This document shows, piece after piece, positions 24,521-36,220 of a stretch of 64,000 bases of DNA; the first letter of the stretch is position 1; each line of letters opens with the position of its first letter. The notes below the pieces were generated by a model. The model did not search any database. It was not told where the DNA came from and was given only the letters and a program-made list of their open reading frames with translations. A program made the translations under genes and the position numbers. The stretch comes from Eledone cirrhosa (taxonomy: Eukaryota): contig OZ024764.1 in NCBI GenBank assembly GCA_964016885.1, positions 6,138,001 through 6,202,000 on the forward strand. Reading direction: 5' to 3'.

Positions 24521-25452
24521 AGATACAACCTTGTAGGAGGCCAGCTGAACCTACATAGGTGTGAACTGTAACAACATGATAGGACTGGGGTCCCTATCAT
24601 TAAAACACCCAAGAAACCTCCTATGAGATACAACCTTGTAGGAGGCCAGCTAAACCTACATAGGTGTGAGCTGTAACAACATGATAGGACTGGGGTCCCT
24701 ATCATTAAAACACCAGAGAAACCTCCTATGAGATACAACCTTGTAGGAGGCCAGCTGAACCTACATAGGTGTGAGCTGTAACAACATGATAGGACTGGGG
24801 TCCCTATCATTAAAACACCCAAGAAACCTCCTATGAGATACAACCTTGTAGGAGGCTAGCTAAACCTACATAGGTGTGAGCTGTAACAACATGATAGGAC
24901 TGGGGTCCCTATCATTAAAACACCCAAGAAACCTCCTATGAGATACAACCTTGTAGCAGGCCACCTAAACCTACATAGGTGTGAGCTGTAACAACATGAT
25001 AGGACTGGGGTCCCTATCATTAAAACACCCAAGAAACCTCCTATGAGATACAACCTTGTAGGAGTCCAGCTAAACCTACATAGGTGTGAGCTGTAACAAC
25101 ATGATAGGACTGGGGTCCCTATCATTAAAACACCCAAGAAACCTCCTATGAAATACAACCTTGTAGGAGTCCAGCTAAACCTACATAGGTGTGAGCTGTA
25201 ACAACATGATAGGACTGGGGTCCCTATCATTAAAACACCCAAGAAACCTCCTATGAGATACAATCTTGTAGGAGACCAGCTAAACCTACATAGGTGTGAG
25301 CTGTAACAACATGATAGGACTGGGGTCCCTATCATTAAAACACCCAAGAAACCTCCTATGAAATACAACCTTGTAGGAGTCCAGCTAAACCTACATAGGT
25401 GTGAGCTGTAACAACATGATAGGACTGGGGTCCCTATCATTAAAACACCCAA
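24521..25452 (+). repeat. 105-bp minisatellite, ~9 copies (array 1)
   Basis: AGATACAACC at 24521 and 24626 (period 105); same monomer as 60445-61166. Confidence 0.95.
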
Positions 25453-25538
25453 TGAAACTAGTGATATCCAGCAATTGATTTAGGAGGTGGGACTGTCTGT
25501 TTATCTGTTATTTCTCCATTCCTTCCTCTTCTCATTCT

Positions 25539-25576
25539 ATCTTCTGATGAAGGACTAGTGTCCGAAACGTAGAGAT
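25539..25576 (+). ncRNA. Minimal type I hammerhead ribozyme motif (Penelope-associated type)
   Basis: ATCTT-CTGATGA-A-GGAC-TAGT-GTCC-GAAAC-GT-A-GAGAT: conserved core, 4-bp stem II, palindromic ACGT helix III, 5-bp stem I including one G-U pair. Confidence 0.6.
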
Positions 25577-26271
25577 TCATACACATACACACATGCGTAC
25601 ACATACTCGTAAATACACATACATGCTATGGCAGGGTTGACTTCCCCCTCTCCCCTCAGTACCACACCTACCATGGGGTAGGGGTACTTCCCTCCATACA
25701 TTACCTTTACTCTAGATGGGTAAGGATAATCTCTCTCTCCCTACTCACACACACACACATACAGACACACACACCTAAGCACACTCACACAAGCATATAC
25801 ACACACACAAATACACTCACACACTCAGTTGTACATGCACACAACCACACATACACACAACCGCATACAGACAAATAAACACACACACACACACACACCT
25901 TACTATATGGTGGAGGTGGGAGTCTTTTGTCACCCCCTAAACCACACAGATACTGTGGGTGGGGCTCACCTGTGTCCCCCCCCCACCCCTCCCTCACACA
26001 CACACATGTGGGGTGGGGATAGTGCTTCTTTTCTCCACCCCCTTGTATGTATAAAATACTGGTGGTGGTTAGCACCACACCCCTGCCACGGGGAGGGAGG
26101 GGCACTGTAGTTGGGGATGGAGGGTTTTGCTCTGGTGGTGTGCCCCACCCCTGACTGTGGGGAGGGAAGGGGGTTGTATTGTCCCCACCCTTATCCAGCC
26201 CCCACCTCCCCACCTGTCAGTTCTACTGTTGAAATCCATTCACTTGGTGATGAGTGAACCCTATTAATTTT

Positions 26272-26335
26272 GAATCATCATCATCATCATCATCATCATC
26301 GTTGCTGTTGTTGTTGTTGTTGTTGTTGTTGTTGT
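26272..26335. repeat. (CAT)n(GTT)n trinucleotide repeats
   Basis: Direct reading. Confidence 0.9.
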
Positions 26336-26424
26336 CTTAGTCCTTTTTATGGTGGTGGTGGAGGTGGTGGGGAGGAGAAAGCATTAGAAATTGGAAATTG
26401 TCATCAATACATGATCACGATCAT

Positions 26425-26445
26425 TGCTGTCTGTCTGTCTGTCTC

Positions 26446-26478
<33 letters not shown>

Positions 26479-26616
26479 GTCTATCTGTCTCTCTGTCTCT
26501 CTCTCTCTCTGTCTGTCACTCTCTCTGACTGTCTCTCTCTCTCTGTCTGTCACTCTGTCTGTCTCTCTCTCCTCTGTCTCTCTGTCTGTCTGTCTGTCTG
26601 TCTGCCTGTCTGTCTG

Positions 26617-26663
<47 letters not shown>

Positions 26664-26680
26664 GTCTGTCTGTCTGTCTG

Positions 26681-26715
<35 letters not shown>

Positions 26716-26732
26716 GTCTGTCTGTCTGTCTG

Positions 26733-26763
<31 letters not shown>

Positions 26764-26768
26764 GTCTG

Positions 26769-26819
<51 letters not shown>

Positions 26820-26972
26820 ATCTCTCTCTGTCTGTCTGTCTCTCTGTCTGTCTGTCTGTCTCTCTGTCTGTCTCTCTGTCTCTCTCTCTGTCTCTCTGTC
26901 TCTCTCTCCTCTGTCTGTCTCTCTCTCCTCTGTCTGTCTGTCTGTCTCTCTCTCTGTCTGTCTGTCTGTCTG

Positions 26973-27047
<75 letters not shown>

Positions 27048-27052
27048 GTCTG

Positions 27053-27091
<39 letters not shown>

Positions 27092-27112
27092 GTCTGTCTC
27101 TGTCTGTCTGTT

Positions 27113-27147
<35 letters not shown>

Positions 27148-27198
27148 GTCTGTCTGTCTGTCTCTCTGTCTCTCTCTCTGTCTGTCTCTCTCTCTCTG

Positions 27199-27231
<33 letters not shown>

Positions 27232-27278
27232 GTCTGTCTGTCTCTCTGTCTCTCTCTCTGTCTGTCTCTCTCTGTCTG

Positions 27279-27309
<31 letters not shown>

Positions 27310-27336
27310 GTCTGTCTCTCTCTGTCTGTCTGTCTG

Positions 27337-27375
<39 letters not shown>

Positions 27376-27524
27376 GTCTCCATGTCTATCTGTCTGTCTG
27401 TCTCTCTCTCTCTGTCTCTCTCTCAGTCTATCTGTCTGTCTCTCTCTCCTTTGTCTCTCAGTCTATCTGTCTGTCTCTCTGTCTGTCTCTCTCTCCTCTG
27501 TCTCTCTGTCTGTCTGTCTGTCTC

Positions 27525-27563
<39 letters not shown>

Positions 27564-27662
27564 GCCTGTCTCTGTCTCTCTGTCTCTCTGCCTGTCTCCC
27601 TGTCTGTCTCTCTGTCTGTCTGTCACTCTCTCTGTCTGTCTGTCTGTCACTCTCTCTGTCTC

Positions 27663-27730
<68 letters not shown>

Positions 27731-27825
27731 CCTGTCTGTCTGTCTGTTTATCTGTCTCTCTGTCTGTCTGTCTGCCTGCCTGTCTCTCTATCTGTCTGTC
27801 ACTCTCTGTCTGTCTGTCTGTCTGT
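26425..27825. repeat. (CTGT)n/(CT)n compound microsatellite, ~1.4 kb
   Basis: Direct reading. Confidence 0.95.
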
Positions 27826-27849
27826 CATGCTGATACACCATGGACCTTT

Positions 27850-28048
27850 ATATAATGGTTTCTTATATAGGCACAAGGCCAGCAATTTTGGGGGAGGGGA
27901 AAGTCGATTAAATCAACCCCAGTACATTACTGGTACTTTAGGATGAAAAGCAAAGTTAACCTCAGCGGGATTTGAACTCAGATCATAAAGGGCCGTAACT
28001 CTATGCTTCAAAGCATGGCATCCGAGCCTCTATCGATACTGCCAATCC
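27850..28048 (-). mobile_element. tRNA-derived SINE family A
   Basis: Reverse complement of GGCAGTATCG...GAGTTCAAATCCCGCTGAGGTTAAC...GTACCAGTAATG...CTGGCCTTGTGCC. Confidence 0.85.
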
Positions 28049-28064
28049 AACGCCCTCTATATAT

Positions 28065-28729
28065 TGATAGAGAGAGAGTGTGTGTGGGAGATAGAGAGAG
28101 AGAGAGTGTGTGTGTGGGAGAGAGAGAGAGTGTGTGTGAGAGATAGAGAGAGAGAGAGTGTGTGAGAGAGAGATAGAGAGAAAGAGAGAGTGTGTGTGAT
28201 AGAGATAGAGAGAGAGAGAGTGTGTGTGAGAGAGATATAGAGAGAGAGTGTGTGTGAGAGAGAGATAGAGAGAGAGAGTGTGTGGGAGAGATAGAGAGAG
28301 AGAGAGTGTGTGAGAGAGATAGAGAGAGAGAGAGTGTGTGTGTGGGAGAGAGAGAGAGTGTGTGTGTGTGTGAGAGATAGAGAGAGAGAGTGTGTGTGTG
28401 TGTGAGAGAGAGATAGAGAGAAAGAGAGAGTGTGTGTGATAGAGAGAGAGAGAGTGTGTGTGAGAGAGATATATAGAGAGAGAGAGTGTGTGAGAGAGAT
28501 AGAGAGAGAGTGTGTGAGAGAGATAGAGAGAGAGAGAGTGTGTGAGAGAGATAGAGAGAGAGATAGAGAGAGTGTGTGTGAGAGAGATATAGAGAGAGAG
28601 AGTGTGTGAGAGAGATAGAGAGGGCGTGTGTGTGAGAGAGATAGAGAGGGAGTGTGTGTGAGAGAGTGATAGAGAGAGAGTGTGTGTGAGAAAGAGATAG
28701 AGAGAGAGAGAGAGAGTGTGTGTGTGTGT

Positions 28730-28760
<31 letters not shown>

Positions 28761-28820
28761 TGTGTGTGTGTGAGAGAGAGATAGAGAGAGAGAGAGTGTG
28801 TGTGAGAGAGAGATAGAGAA
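28065..28820. repeat. (GA)n(GT)n(GATA) compound microsatellite
   Basis: Direct reading. Confidence 0.95.
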
Positions 28821-28834
28821 TAATAGAGCAAGTT

Positions 28835-28968
28835 ATATAGGGAAGGGTTTCCAACCATAGAAAACTAACCAGAAACATCCCTATTTGAGCGAGACACGGT
28901 CACCCGACACAAGTTGCCTCAAAATAGGACTCGTCTAACCCATGCTAGCGTGGAAAATGGACGTCAAT

Positions 28969-29000
<32 letters not shown>
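28835..29000 (+). mobile_element. RTE-type 3' tail fragment ending in (TGA)n
   Basis: CGTCTAACCCATGCTAGCGTGGAAAATGGACGTCAA(TGA)n matches the reverse complement of the RTE 3' end at 55328-55390. Confidence 0.75.
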
Positions 29001-29002
<2 letters not shown>

Positions 29003-29139
29003 AGACAGGGAGAGAGAGAGAGAGTGATCTTATATTGACAATTTCCAATACTTTCCTCTTCTTATCCCACCTTATTTTCTTTCTCCCTCTTCCCCCTTCA
29101 TCCCACACTCTCATGCCCCTCCCTATATATACCCCACAC

Positions 29140-29505
29140 ACTCTCTCTCTCTCTCTCTCTCTCTCTCTACAGCTCATCCAGCCCCTCACCATGACTCTCT
29201 CTCTCTCCCCACGACTCTCTCTCCCTCTCCCCGCCACACTCTCTCTCCCCACGACTCTCTCTCCCTCTCCCCGCCACACTCTCTCTCCCCACCACTCTCT
29301 CTCCCCGCCACTCTCTCTCTCCCTCTCCCCGCCCCTCTCTCTCTCTCTCTCCGCCACTCTCTCTCTCCGCCACCCTCTCTCCCCGCCACTCTCTCTCCCT
29401 GCCTCTCTCTCTCTCCCTCTCTCCCCACCACTCTCTCCCTCTCCCTTCCACTCTCTCCCCACCTCACCCCACCCACCTCTCTATCCACCCCTCCCCTCCC
29501 CCACC
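29140..29505. repeat. CT-rich degenerate repeat (CTCTCCCCGCCA-like units)
   Basis: Direct reading. Confidence 0.85.
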
Positions 29506-29659
29506 TGGTTCAATCACTTCATTTGATCATGTCACAGACTTTTGGAGTCTGTGACAATAATATGGGGGGGGGGGAGGGGTTGGTGGGGGAGGTGATGATC
29601 CAATTTGGATTATTGATCCTCACATTCATCTCTTGCATCTCCTCCACCCCCCACACACA

Positions 29660-30142
29660 CGTGTGTGTGTGTGTGTATTTATTGAGATGTGTGTGTGTGT
29701 GTGTGTGTAAATCAAGGTGTATATATGTGTGTTTGTGTATTTATGGGTGTGTGTGTGTGTTTACCACAGTGTGTGTGTGTCTACCACGGTGTGTGTGTAT
29801 TTATGTGTGTATTTATGTGTGTGTGTGTGTGTGTGTTTACCGTGGTGTGTGTGTGTGTGTGTGTTTATAGGGGTGTGTGTGTTTACCACAGTGTGTGTAT
29901 TTATGTGTGTGTGTGTTTACCACAGTGTGTGTATTTATGTGTGTGTGTGTGTGTGTGTTTACCGTGGTATGTGTGTGTGTGTGTTTACCACGGTGTGTGT
30001 ATTTATGTGTGTGTGTGTGTGTTTACCGCGGTATGTGTGTGTGTGTGTTTACCATGGTGTGTGTGTGTGTTTACCGTGGTATGTGTGTGTGTGTGTTTAC
30101 CATGGTGTGTGTGTGTGTGTGTTTACCGTGGTATGTGTGTGT
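29660..30142. repeat. (GT)n interrupted by TTTACCRYRGT / ATTTAT motifs
   Basis: Direct reading. Confidence 0.9.
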
Positions 30143-30239
30143 TGCTCCACTGCTTTTGTCTGATTTAATCCATTTAAATGAAAATTGATCAGTAAATATT
30201 TAAAATATAAAAGTCTGTCTTCTGTCTGTTAGTCATACA

Positions 30240-30750
30240 CCACTATTGTACCACCACCTCCAGCATCACCACCATCACCACCACCATCACCACCTCCAGC
30301 ACCTCTACCACCTCCAGCATCACCTCCACCACCTCCACCACCTCCAGCATCACCACTATTGTACCACCAGCACCACCAGCACCTCCAGCACCTCCACCAC
30401 CTCCAGCATCACCACTATTGTACCACCATCACCTCCACCATCACCACCACCACCACCACCACCACCTCCATCACCTCCATCACCACCACCACCATCACCT
30501 CCATCACCTCCACCGCCACCACCGTCACCTCCACCACCACCACCATCACCATCACCTCCACCACCACCACCACCATCACCTCTATCACCACCACCACCAT
30601 CACCTCTATCACCACCACCACCTCCACCACCACCATCACCTCCACCACCTCCACCACCTCCACCACCTCCATCACCACCATCACCTCCACCACCACCATC
30701 ACCACCTCCACTACCAGCACCTCCCCCAACGCCACCACCATCTCCACTAT
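30240..30750. repeat. (CCA/CCT/TCA)n trinucleotide low-complexity tract
   Basis: Direct reading; poly-P/H/T/G ORFs are artefacts. Confidence 0.9.
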
Positions 30751-30807
30751 TTGTATCAAGTGACTGTGGACACAGGACAACTCCCACTACACCCACCCAC
30801 CTTGATA

Positions 30808-30920
30808 TGCATTTTCAGCTGAGTGGACTGGAACAATGTGAAATGAAGTGTGTTTTGTCCCAGGAATCGAACCCACGACATTACAGTCCCAAGCACAACA
30901 CCCTAACAACTAGGACATGA
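30808..30920 (-). mobile_element. Degenerate tRNA-derived SINE (family B-like)
   Basis: CAGCTGAGTGGACTGGAACAATGTGAAATGAAGTGT...GGAATCGAACCC...CCCTAACAACTAG similar to 38290-38420. Confidence 0.65.
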
Positions 30921-30974
30921 CGATGACCTTAATTTCCCTCTGAAACGATTGTAAAACACTGGATTAATTAAGTA

Positions 30975-31549
30975 TTAACCCTTTAGCATTCACATTACTC
31001 TATATATACCATTATATTTTCATGGTAAAGGCTTTACCTCACATAATATCTCACATAACATTTACATTACTCTATATATACTATTGTATTTTCACAGTAA
31101 AGGCTTTACCTCACATAATATCTCACATAACATTTACATTACTCTATATATACTATTGTATTTTCACAGTAAAGGCTTTACCTCACATAATATCTCACAT
31201 AACATTTACATTACTCTATATATACTATTGTATTTTCACAGTAAAGGCTTTACCTCACATAATATCTCACATAACATTTACATTACTCTATATATACTAT
31301 TGTATTTTCACAGTAAAGACTTTACCTCACATAATATCTCACATAACATTTACATTACTCTATATATACTATTGTATTTTCACAGTAAAGGCTTTACCTC
31401 ACATAATATCGAATCTATGAGATTTTGAAAGTATTTATTTTGAGAACAATACCTTAACATTAGTTTGAGCGACCAGTTACAGCCAGTTTCAACAGAAAGA
31501 GGTAGAGAATTCTGGCCGGTTTTGGGCGGTTTGAACATTAAAGGGTTAA
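30975..31549 (+). mobile_element. piggyBac-like MITE (TTAA-CCCTTTA...TAAAGGG-TTAA) carrying ~6 copies of a 72-bp repeat
   Basis: TTAACCCTTTAGCATTCA at 30975 and TGAACATTAAAGGGTTAA at ~31532-31549; internal period 72 (31093, 31165). Confidence 0.8.
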
Positions 31550-31579
31550 ACCTTGTCTTATTTATTTTAATAGCTTATA

Positions 31580-31815
31580 TATACAGTGTACCCTCGACAT
31601 TCTCAGTCCCAGTTTTCGCGGAATTTTCCTTAGAACCCAACTAATAATTGTTTCTGGAAACCATAGAATATTCACAGGATTTTAAATATCTTTCATGAGT
31701 TTTTAATGGTTTTTTTCATGGCAATATATATATTTTAATTGCTGGCCTATTGGACGCCCCTTCGCATATATTTTACGTTATGTCCAATATTCATGGTTTT
31801 TCCCACTCCGTAGGT
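31580..31815 (+). mobile_element. Possible Tigger/pogo-like MITE remnant
   Basis: Starts TA-CAGTGTACCCTCGACATTC, resembling Tigger termini; no clear right TIR. Confidence 0.35.
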
Positions 31816-31819
31816 GCTC

Positions 31820-33035
31820 TAGGGATGACTGAGGAAGGAAGGGGTGATGGTGTCACATAGTAGAGATGACTGAGGAAGGAAGGGGTGATGGTGTCACATA
31901 CTAGAGATGACTGAGGAAGGAAGGGGTGATGGTGTCACATATTAGAGATGACTGAGGAAGGAAGGGGTGATGGTGTCACATAGTAGAGATGACTGAGGAA
32001 GGAAGGGGTGATGGTGTCACATACTAGAGATGACTGAGGAGGGAAGGGGTGATAGTGTCACATACTGGAGATGACTGGGGAAGGAAGGGGTGATGGTGTC
32101 ACATACTAGAGATGACTGAGGAAGGAAGGGGTGATGGTGTCACATACTAGAGATGACTGAGGAGGGAAGGGGTGATGGTGTCACATACTAGAGATGACTG
32201 AGGAAGGAAGGGGTGATGGTGTCACATTCTAGAGATGACTGAGGAAGGAAGGGGTGATGGTGTCACATACTAGAGATGACTGAGGAAGGAAGGGGTGATG
32301 GTGTCACATTCTAGAGATGACTGAGGAAGGAAGGGGTGATGGTGTCACATTCTAGAGATGACTGAGGAAGGAAGGGGTGATGGTGTCACATTCTAGAGAT
32401 GACTGAGGAAGGAAGGGGTGATGGTGTCACATACTAGAGATGACTGAGGAAGGAAGGCGTGATGGTGTCACATACTAGAGATGACTGAGGAGGGAAGGGG
32501 TGATAGTGTCACATACTGGAGATGACTGGGGAAGGAAGGGGTGATGGTGTCACATACTAGAGATGACTGAGGAAGGAAGGGGTGATGGTGTCACATACTA
32601 GAGATGACTGAGGAGGGAAGGGGTGATGGTGTCACATACTAGAGATGACTGAGGAAGGAAGGGGTGATGATGTCACATTCTAGAGATGACTGAGGAAGGA
32701 AGGGGTGATGGTGTCACATTCTAGAGATGACTGAGGAAGGAAGGGGTGATGGTGTCACATTCTAGAGATGACTGAGGAAGGAAGGGGTGATGGTGTCACA
32801 TACTAGAGATGACTGAGGAAGGAAGGCGTGATGGTGTCACATACTAGAGATGACTGACGAAGGAAGGGGTGATGGTGTCACATACTAGAGATGACTGACG
32901 AAGGAAGGGGTGATGGTGTCACATACTAGAGATGACTGACGAAGGAAGGGGTGATGGTGTCACATACTAGAGATGACTGAGGAAGGAAGGGGTGATGGTG
33001 TCACATACTAGAGATGACTGAGGAAGGAAGGGGTG
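31820..33035 (+). repeat. 41-bp purine-rich minisatellite, ~30 copies (TAGAGATGACTGAGGAAGGAAGGGGTGATGGTGTCACATAC)
   Basis: Period 41 (31861, 31902). Confidence 0.96.
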
Positions 33036-33239
33036 TCTAATACACACATCTATGTGATGACCAAGGAAGGGGGCTGACTATAGAAGTGCAGCGTTCTAAG
33101 ATTTGTCACAGCTGTGTGTTAATAGGCTTCTATCACTTGTGTGAGGTAGCAGAAGGAACCAACCAACATCTCTTCTGCACAACACACTCCTGAAGTTGAG
33201 GGTTGTTCTATCTACGGGGTATTAAACAACCCATTTGTG

Positions 33240-33375
33240 GTGACTCCCCCCTATTGGGGATTTCGATTGTTATAATTGTTTGTTTCAATATTTTTACATG
33301 ACTGTATGTAAAATCCCCGGCATGTCCTTGTATTGTCCCCTTTTCTCGTGCCCCCTTGTGGCAAATAAAGAAATA
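33240..33375 (+). mobile_element. Tx1-like LINE 3' UTR fragment
   Basis: CTCCCCCTATTGGGGA...TGTATTGTCC...CCCTTGTGGCAAATAAAGAAA shared with the 52615-54275 units. Confidence 0.65.
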
Positions 33376-33758
33376 TATCTATCTATCTATCTTCTATGTA
33401 CTACTGAAACTCTGTGATTGCTTGCTTGTCTGTAATGTGGTGGCGGGGTGGGTGGTGGTGGAGTAGTGGGGGGAGGGGGTAGTGTGTAGTGGTTGGAGTG
33501 TACTGGTGGAGGTCAGGTAGGTGGATGTTGTGGTGTGGTGGAGTGTGGAGGGGTAGTGTGGTGGTGTACTGGTGAGGTAGGGGTGGTGTGGTGTTTTTCT
33601 AATGGTGGTTACCTGAAATTTCTTTAGTCACATATATATATAGACTAAAGACATTTTAGCCTGATAGTGGGGCTTAAAACCCTCTAAAAAAATGAAAAAG
33701 GATGAGTATTGACGCCAAAACTCATCCTTCTCCAGGCTAAATATGGCCAAAGCTTCTA

Positions 33759-34852
33759 TCTCTCTATATACTACTAAAACTCTGTGATTGTGTCTTGTCT
33801 GTAATGTGATACAACCAAAAGGGAGCATAATGGGAAAATACTTTGATAGGAAGTTGACCCTGGAATGGGAATACAAATGGAAGGAAACAAGTTTTGCGTA
33901 AATCGGAGCCCGGGTTCCCAAGATATGGGGTTTTTCCGGGTAACTTCATAAACAGAGAGAGTGAAGGATAAAGAGAAAGAGATAGTGGTTGTGAGAGAGT
34001 AGATTGAAAGAGAGACATAGAGAGAGGGAGAGGAGACAGAGAAGCAGAATGGAAGAGAGAGAGTGCGATTGAGAGAGAGAGAGCTAGTGGTGTTGTGTGT
34101 ATATATATGTGAGTGTGTGTATGTCTATGACCAGTGTATATAGATCACAGTCACCCACACATATATATATATATACACACACATTTATATATATACATAC
34201 ACACATGTATATATATGGGCCTTCCAGTTTCATTTCACATTATATACATCATCTTCATCATCATCATCATCTCCATTTTACGTCCGCTTTTCCCTGCTTG
34301 CAAGGGTGGGACGGGAACTGATTCTGGCTTGATTTCTACAGCTGGATGCCCTTCCTAACACCAACCTCATTTACAGTGAGTGCTGGGTGCTTTTTTGCCG
34401 TGGCACCTCCACGACCACTTTACAGTGAGTGCTGGGTGCTTTTTTGCCGTGGCACCTCCACGACCACTTTACAGTGAGTGCTGGGTGCTTTTTTGCCGTG
34501 GCACCTCCACGACCACTTTACAGTGAGTGCTGGGTGCTTTTTTGCCGTGGCACCTCCACGACCACTTTACAGTGAGTGCTGGGTGCTTTTTTGCCGTGGC
34601 ACCTCCACGACCACTTTGCAGTGGAATGATATGGACCCCAGTCCCTATCATCTCATTTCTACAGCTGAGTAAACTGGAGCAATGTGAAATAAAGTGTCTT
34701 GCTCAAGGACACAACACATCACCCGGTCTGAGAATTGAACTCACAACCTTTCGATTGCAAGTGTATGTGTATATTTTAATTATTTAAAGTGAACAGGATT
34801 TTAAAAAAATATTTTTAAGAGAACGTGACCCGACAGATCACGGGTGGTCTAG
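33759..34852 (+). mobile_element. Non-autonomous Helitron with nested SINE
   Basis: 5' TC(TC)TATATACTACTAAAAC; 3' ACCCG-N8-CGGGT hairpin then GGTCTAG|T; second copy at 63198-63936. Confidence 0.75.
34247..34760 (-). mobile_element. tRNA-derived SINE family B (CORE/V-like body, RTE-like tail) with an internal 49-bp segment amplified to 5 copies
   Basis: Colinear with 38086-38423 except that TTACAGTGAG...CGACCACT repeats at 34371, 34420, 34469, 34518 and 34567. Confidence 0.9.
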
Positions 34853-34984
34853 TTATGTATATTATGCTACAATTAGCTGTCATTTCTGATGGCATGGGAC
34901 CAGCTAGAATATATATTTAGAAATGTAAATGTTGTATGCTGTAGCATGGCCATAGTTTTTGTAATGTTGTTCTCTATTTTGCAG

Positions 34985-35027
34985 CTGTGACCCCCCTCTC
35001 TTGTGTTAAAACAGACATTGGCTGTGG
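34985..35027 (+). CDS. Candidate 43-nt internal exon of a host gene, RUN-domain-like peptide (x)VTPLSCVKTDIGCG
   Basis: Acceptor TTCTCTATTTTGCAG and donor G|GTGAGT; peptide resembles the L..(V/L)(K/R)T..G.G segment preceding RAW/RAF in RUN domains; adjacent exons not identified. Confidence 0.35.
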
Positions 35028-35093
35028 GTGAGTGGGTTGTAAATCGCTAGAACTAGCTAGTGCCTCTTGAATACCCCCTCCTTGCACTATGGT

Positions 35094-35094
<1 letters not shown>

Positions 35095-35137
<43 letters not shown>

Positions 35138-35610
35138 GTGTGTGTGTGTATATATATATATCTGTGTGTGTGTGTATATATATATATCTGTGTGTGTGTG
35201 TATATATATATCTGTGTGTGTGTATATAGCTATGTGTGTGTATATATATATGTGTGTGTGTATGTATATATATATATATATATGTGTGTGTGTATATATA
35301 TCTGTGTGTGTGTATATATATATGTGTGTGTGTGTATATATATATGTGTGTGTATGTATATATATATCTCTATATAGATATATATATATGTATGTATATA
35401 TATATATATATATATGTTATATATATATATATATTTATTAAAATAACAGATTAAAGTTTAAGCAAAGAATCGCAGCTTTCACCCTTAACGGGATCTTCTG
35501 AAACTCCATGTATCTATATATATATGTAAGTATGTATATAGATATATTATATGTATATAGATATATTATATATATATATCTATATATATATGTATGTATG
35601 TATATATATT
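35095..35610. repeat. (TA)n/(TG)n microsatellites
   Basis: Direct reading. Confidence 0.9.
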
Positions 35611-35611
35611 T

Positions 35612-36220
35612 ATGTCAGGTCACCAGTTGGTGCTACTGGTAACATGTATCCCAGTACAACCTGTCCCATGGTCGGGTCGTTGGCGACTAAACTGGCAACC
35701 CCACCAAGGTTTCTTGGTGAGGAGGGTGACTTTGGACATCCTGCAGGACTAAAAACAAAACCTGTCAAAGGGCAAAGGAGCTCTTAAGAGTCAATGGACA
35801 TCCAAAATCACCGGGAGAGATGACCCCTTAGCCTTTGTCAAGGCAGAATTCTAGGAGAAGGAAAACTCTGATATAACACCTGCAACCCTGATGGTATCCA
35901 ATGATGTTGACTTGTTCTTCTTTTTGGTAAATATCATCTTGGTTAAGAGAGAGGGACTGGCTTTGTGCAGTGCCTTTGCTCACTATAAAAGCTTCACGGC
36001 ACAGGCATTGCTTTATATCTGGAGATCTCTCTGCACTTGTTGTCACATGGTACCATGGGCCCAGCACTATGTGTCAATAATTGTCACAAGTGTAGTGTTT
36101 GTACCAGAGTTTTCAAGTCGCTGGCTGGACTAAAAAGTCACACTTGTTCAGCGCATCGGTAGGGGTTCTCCTACATGGATATAAAGTAGTGGCCGTACTC
36201 GAAAACGAGTTGGCAGCACC

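Noticed and set aside
24388-25452. Minus-strand ORFs with RLYLIGG...CY...W resembling Kelch repeats (also 60442-61125)
   Set aside because: The period is 35 aa (too short for Kelch), the Y-W spacing is wrong, units are near-identical at DNA level and one has a stop; this is the translation of a 105-bp array
26270-28878. Long Ser/Leu/Cys or Arg/Glu/Thr ORFs
   Set aside because: Microsatellite translations
30246-30920. Extensin/formin-like poly-Pro and His-rich ORFs
   Set aside because: Trinucleotide low-complexity tract open in most frames; the ORF runs into a SINE
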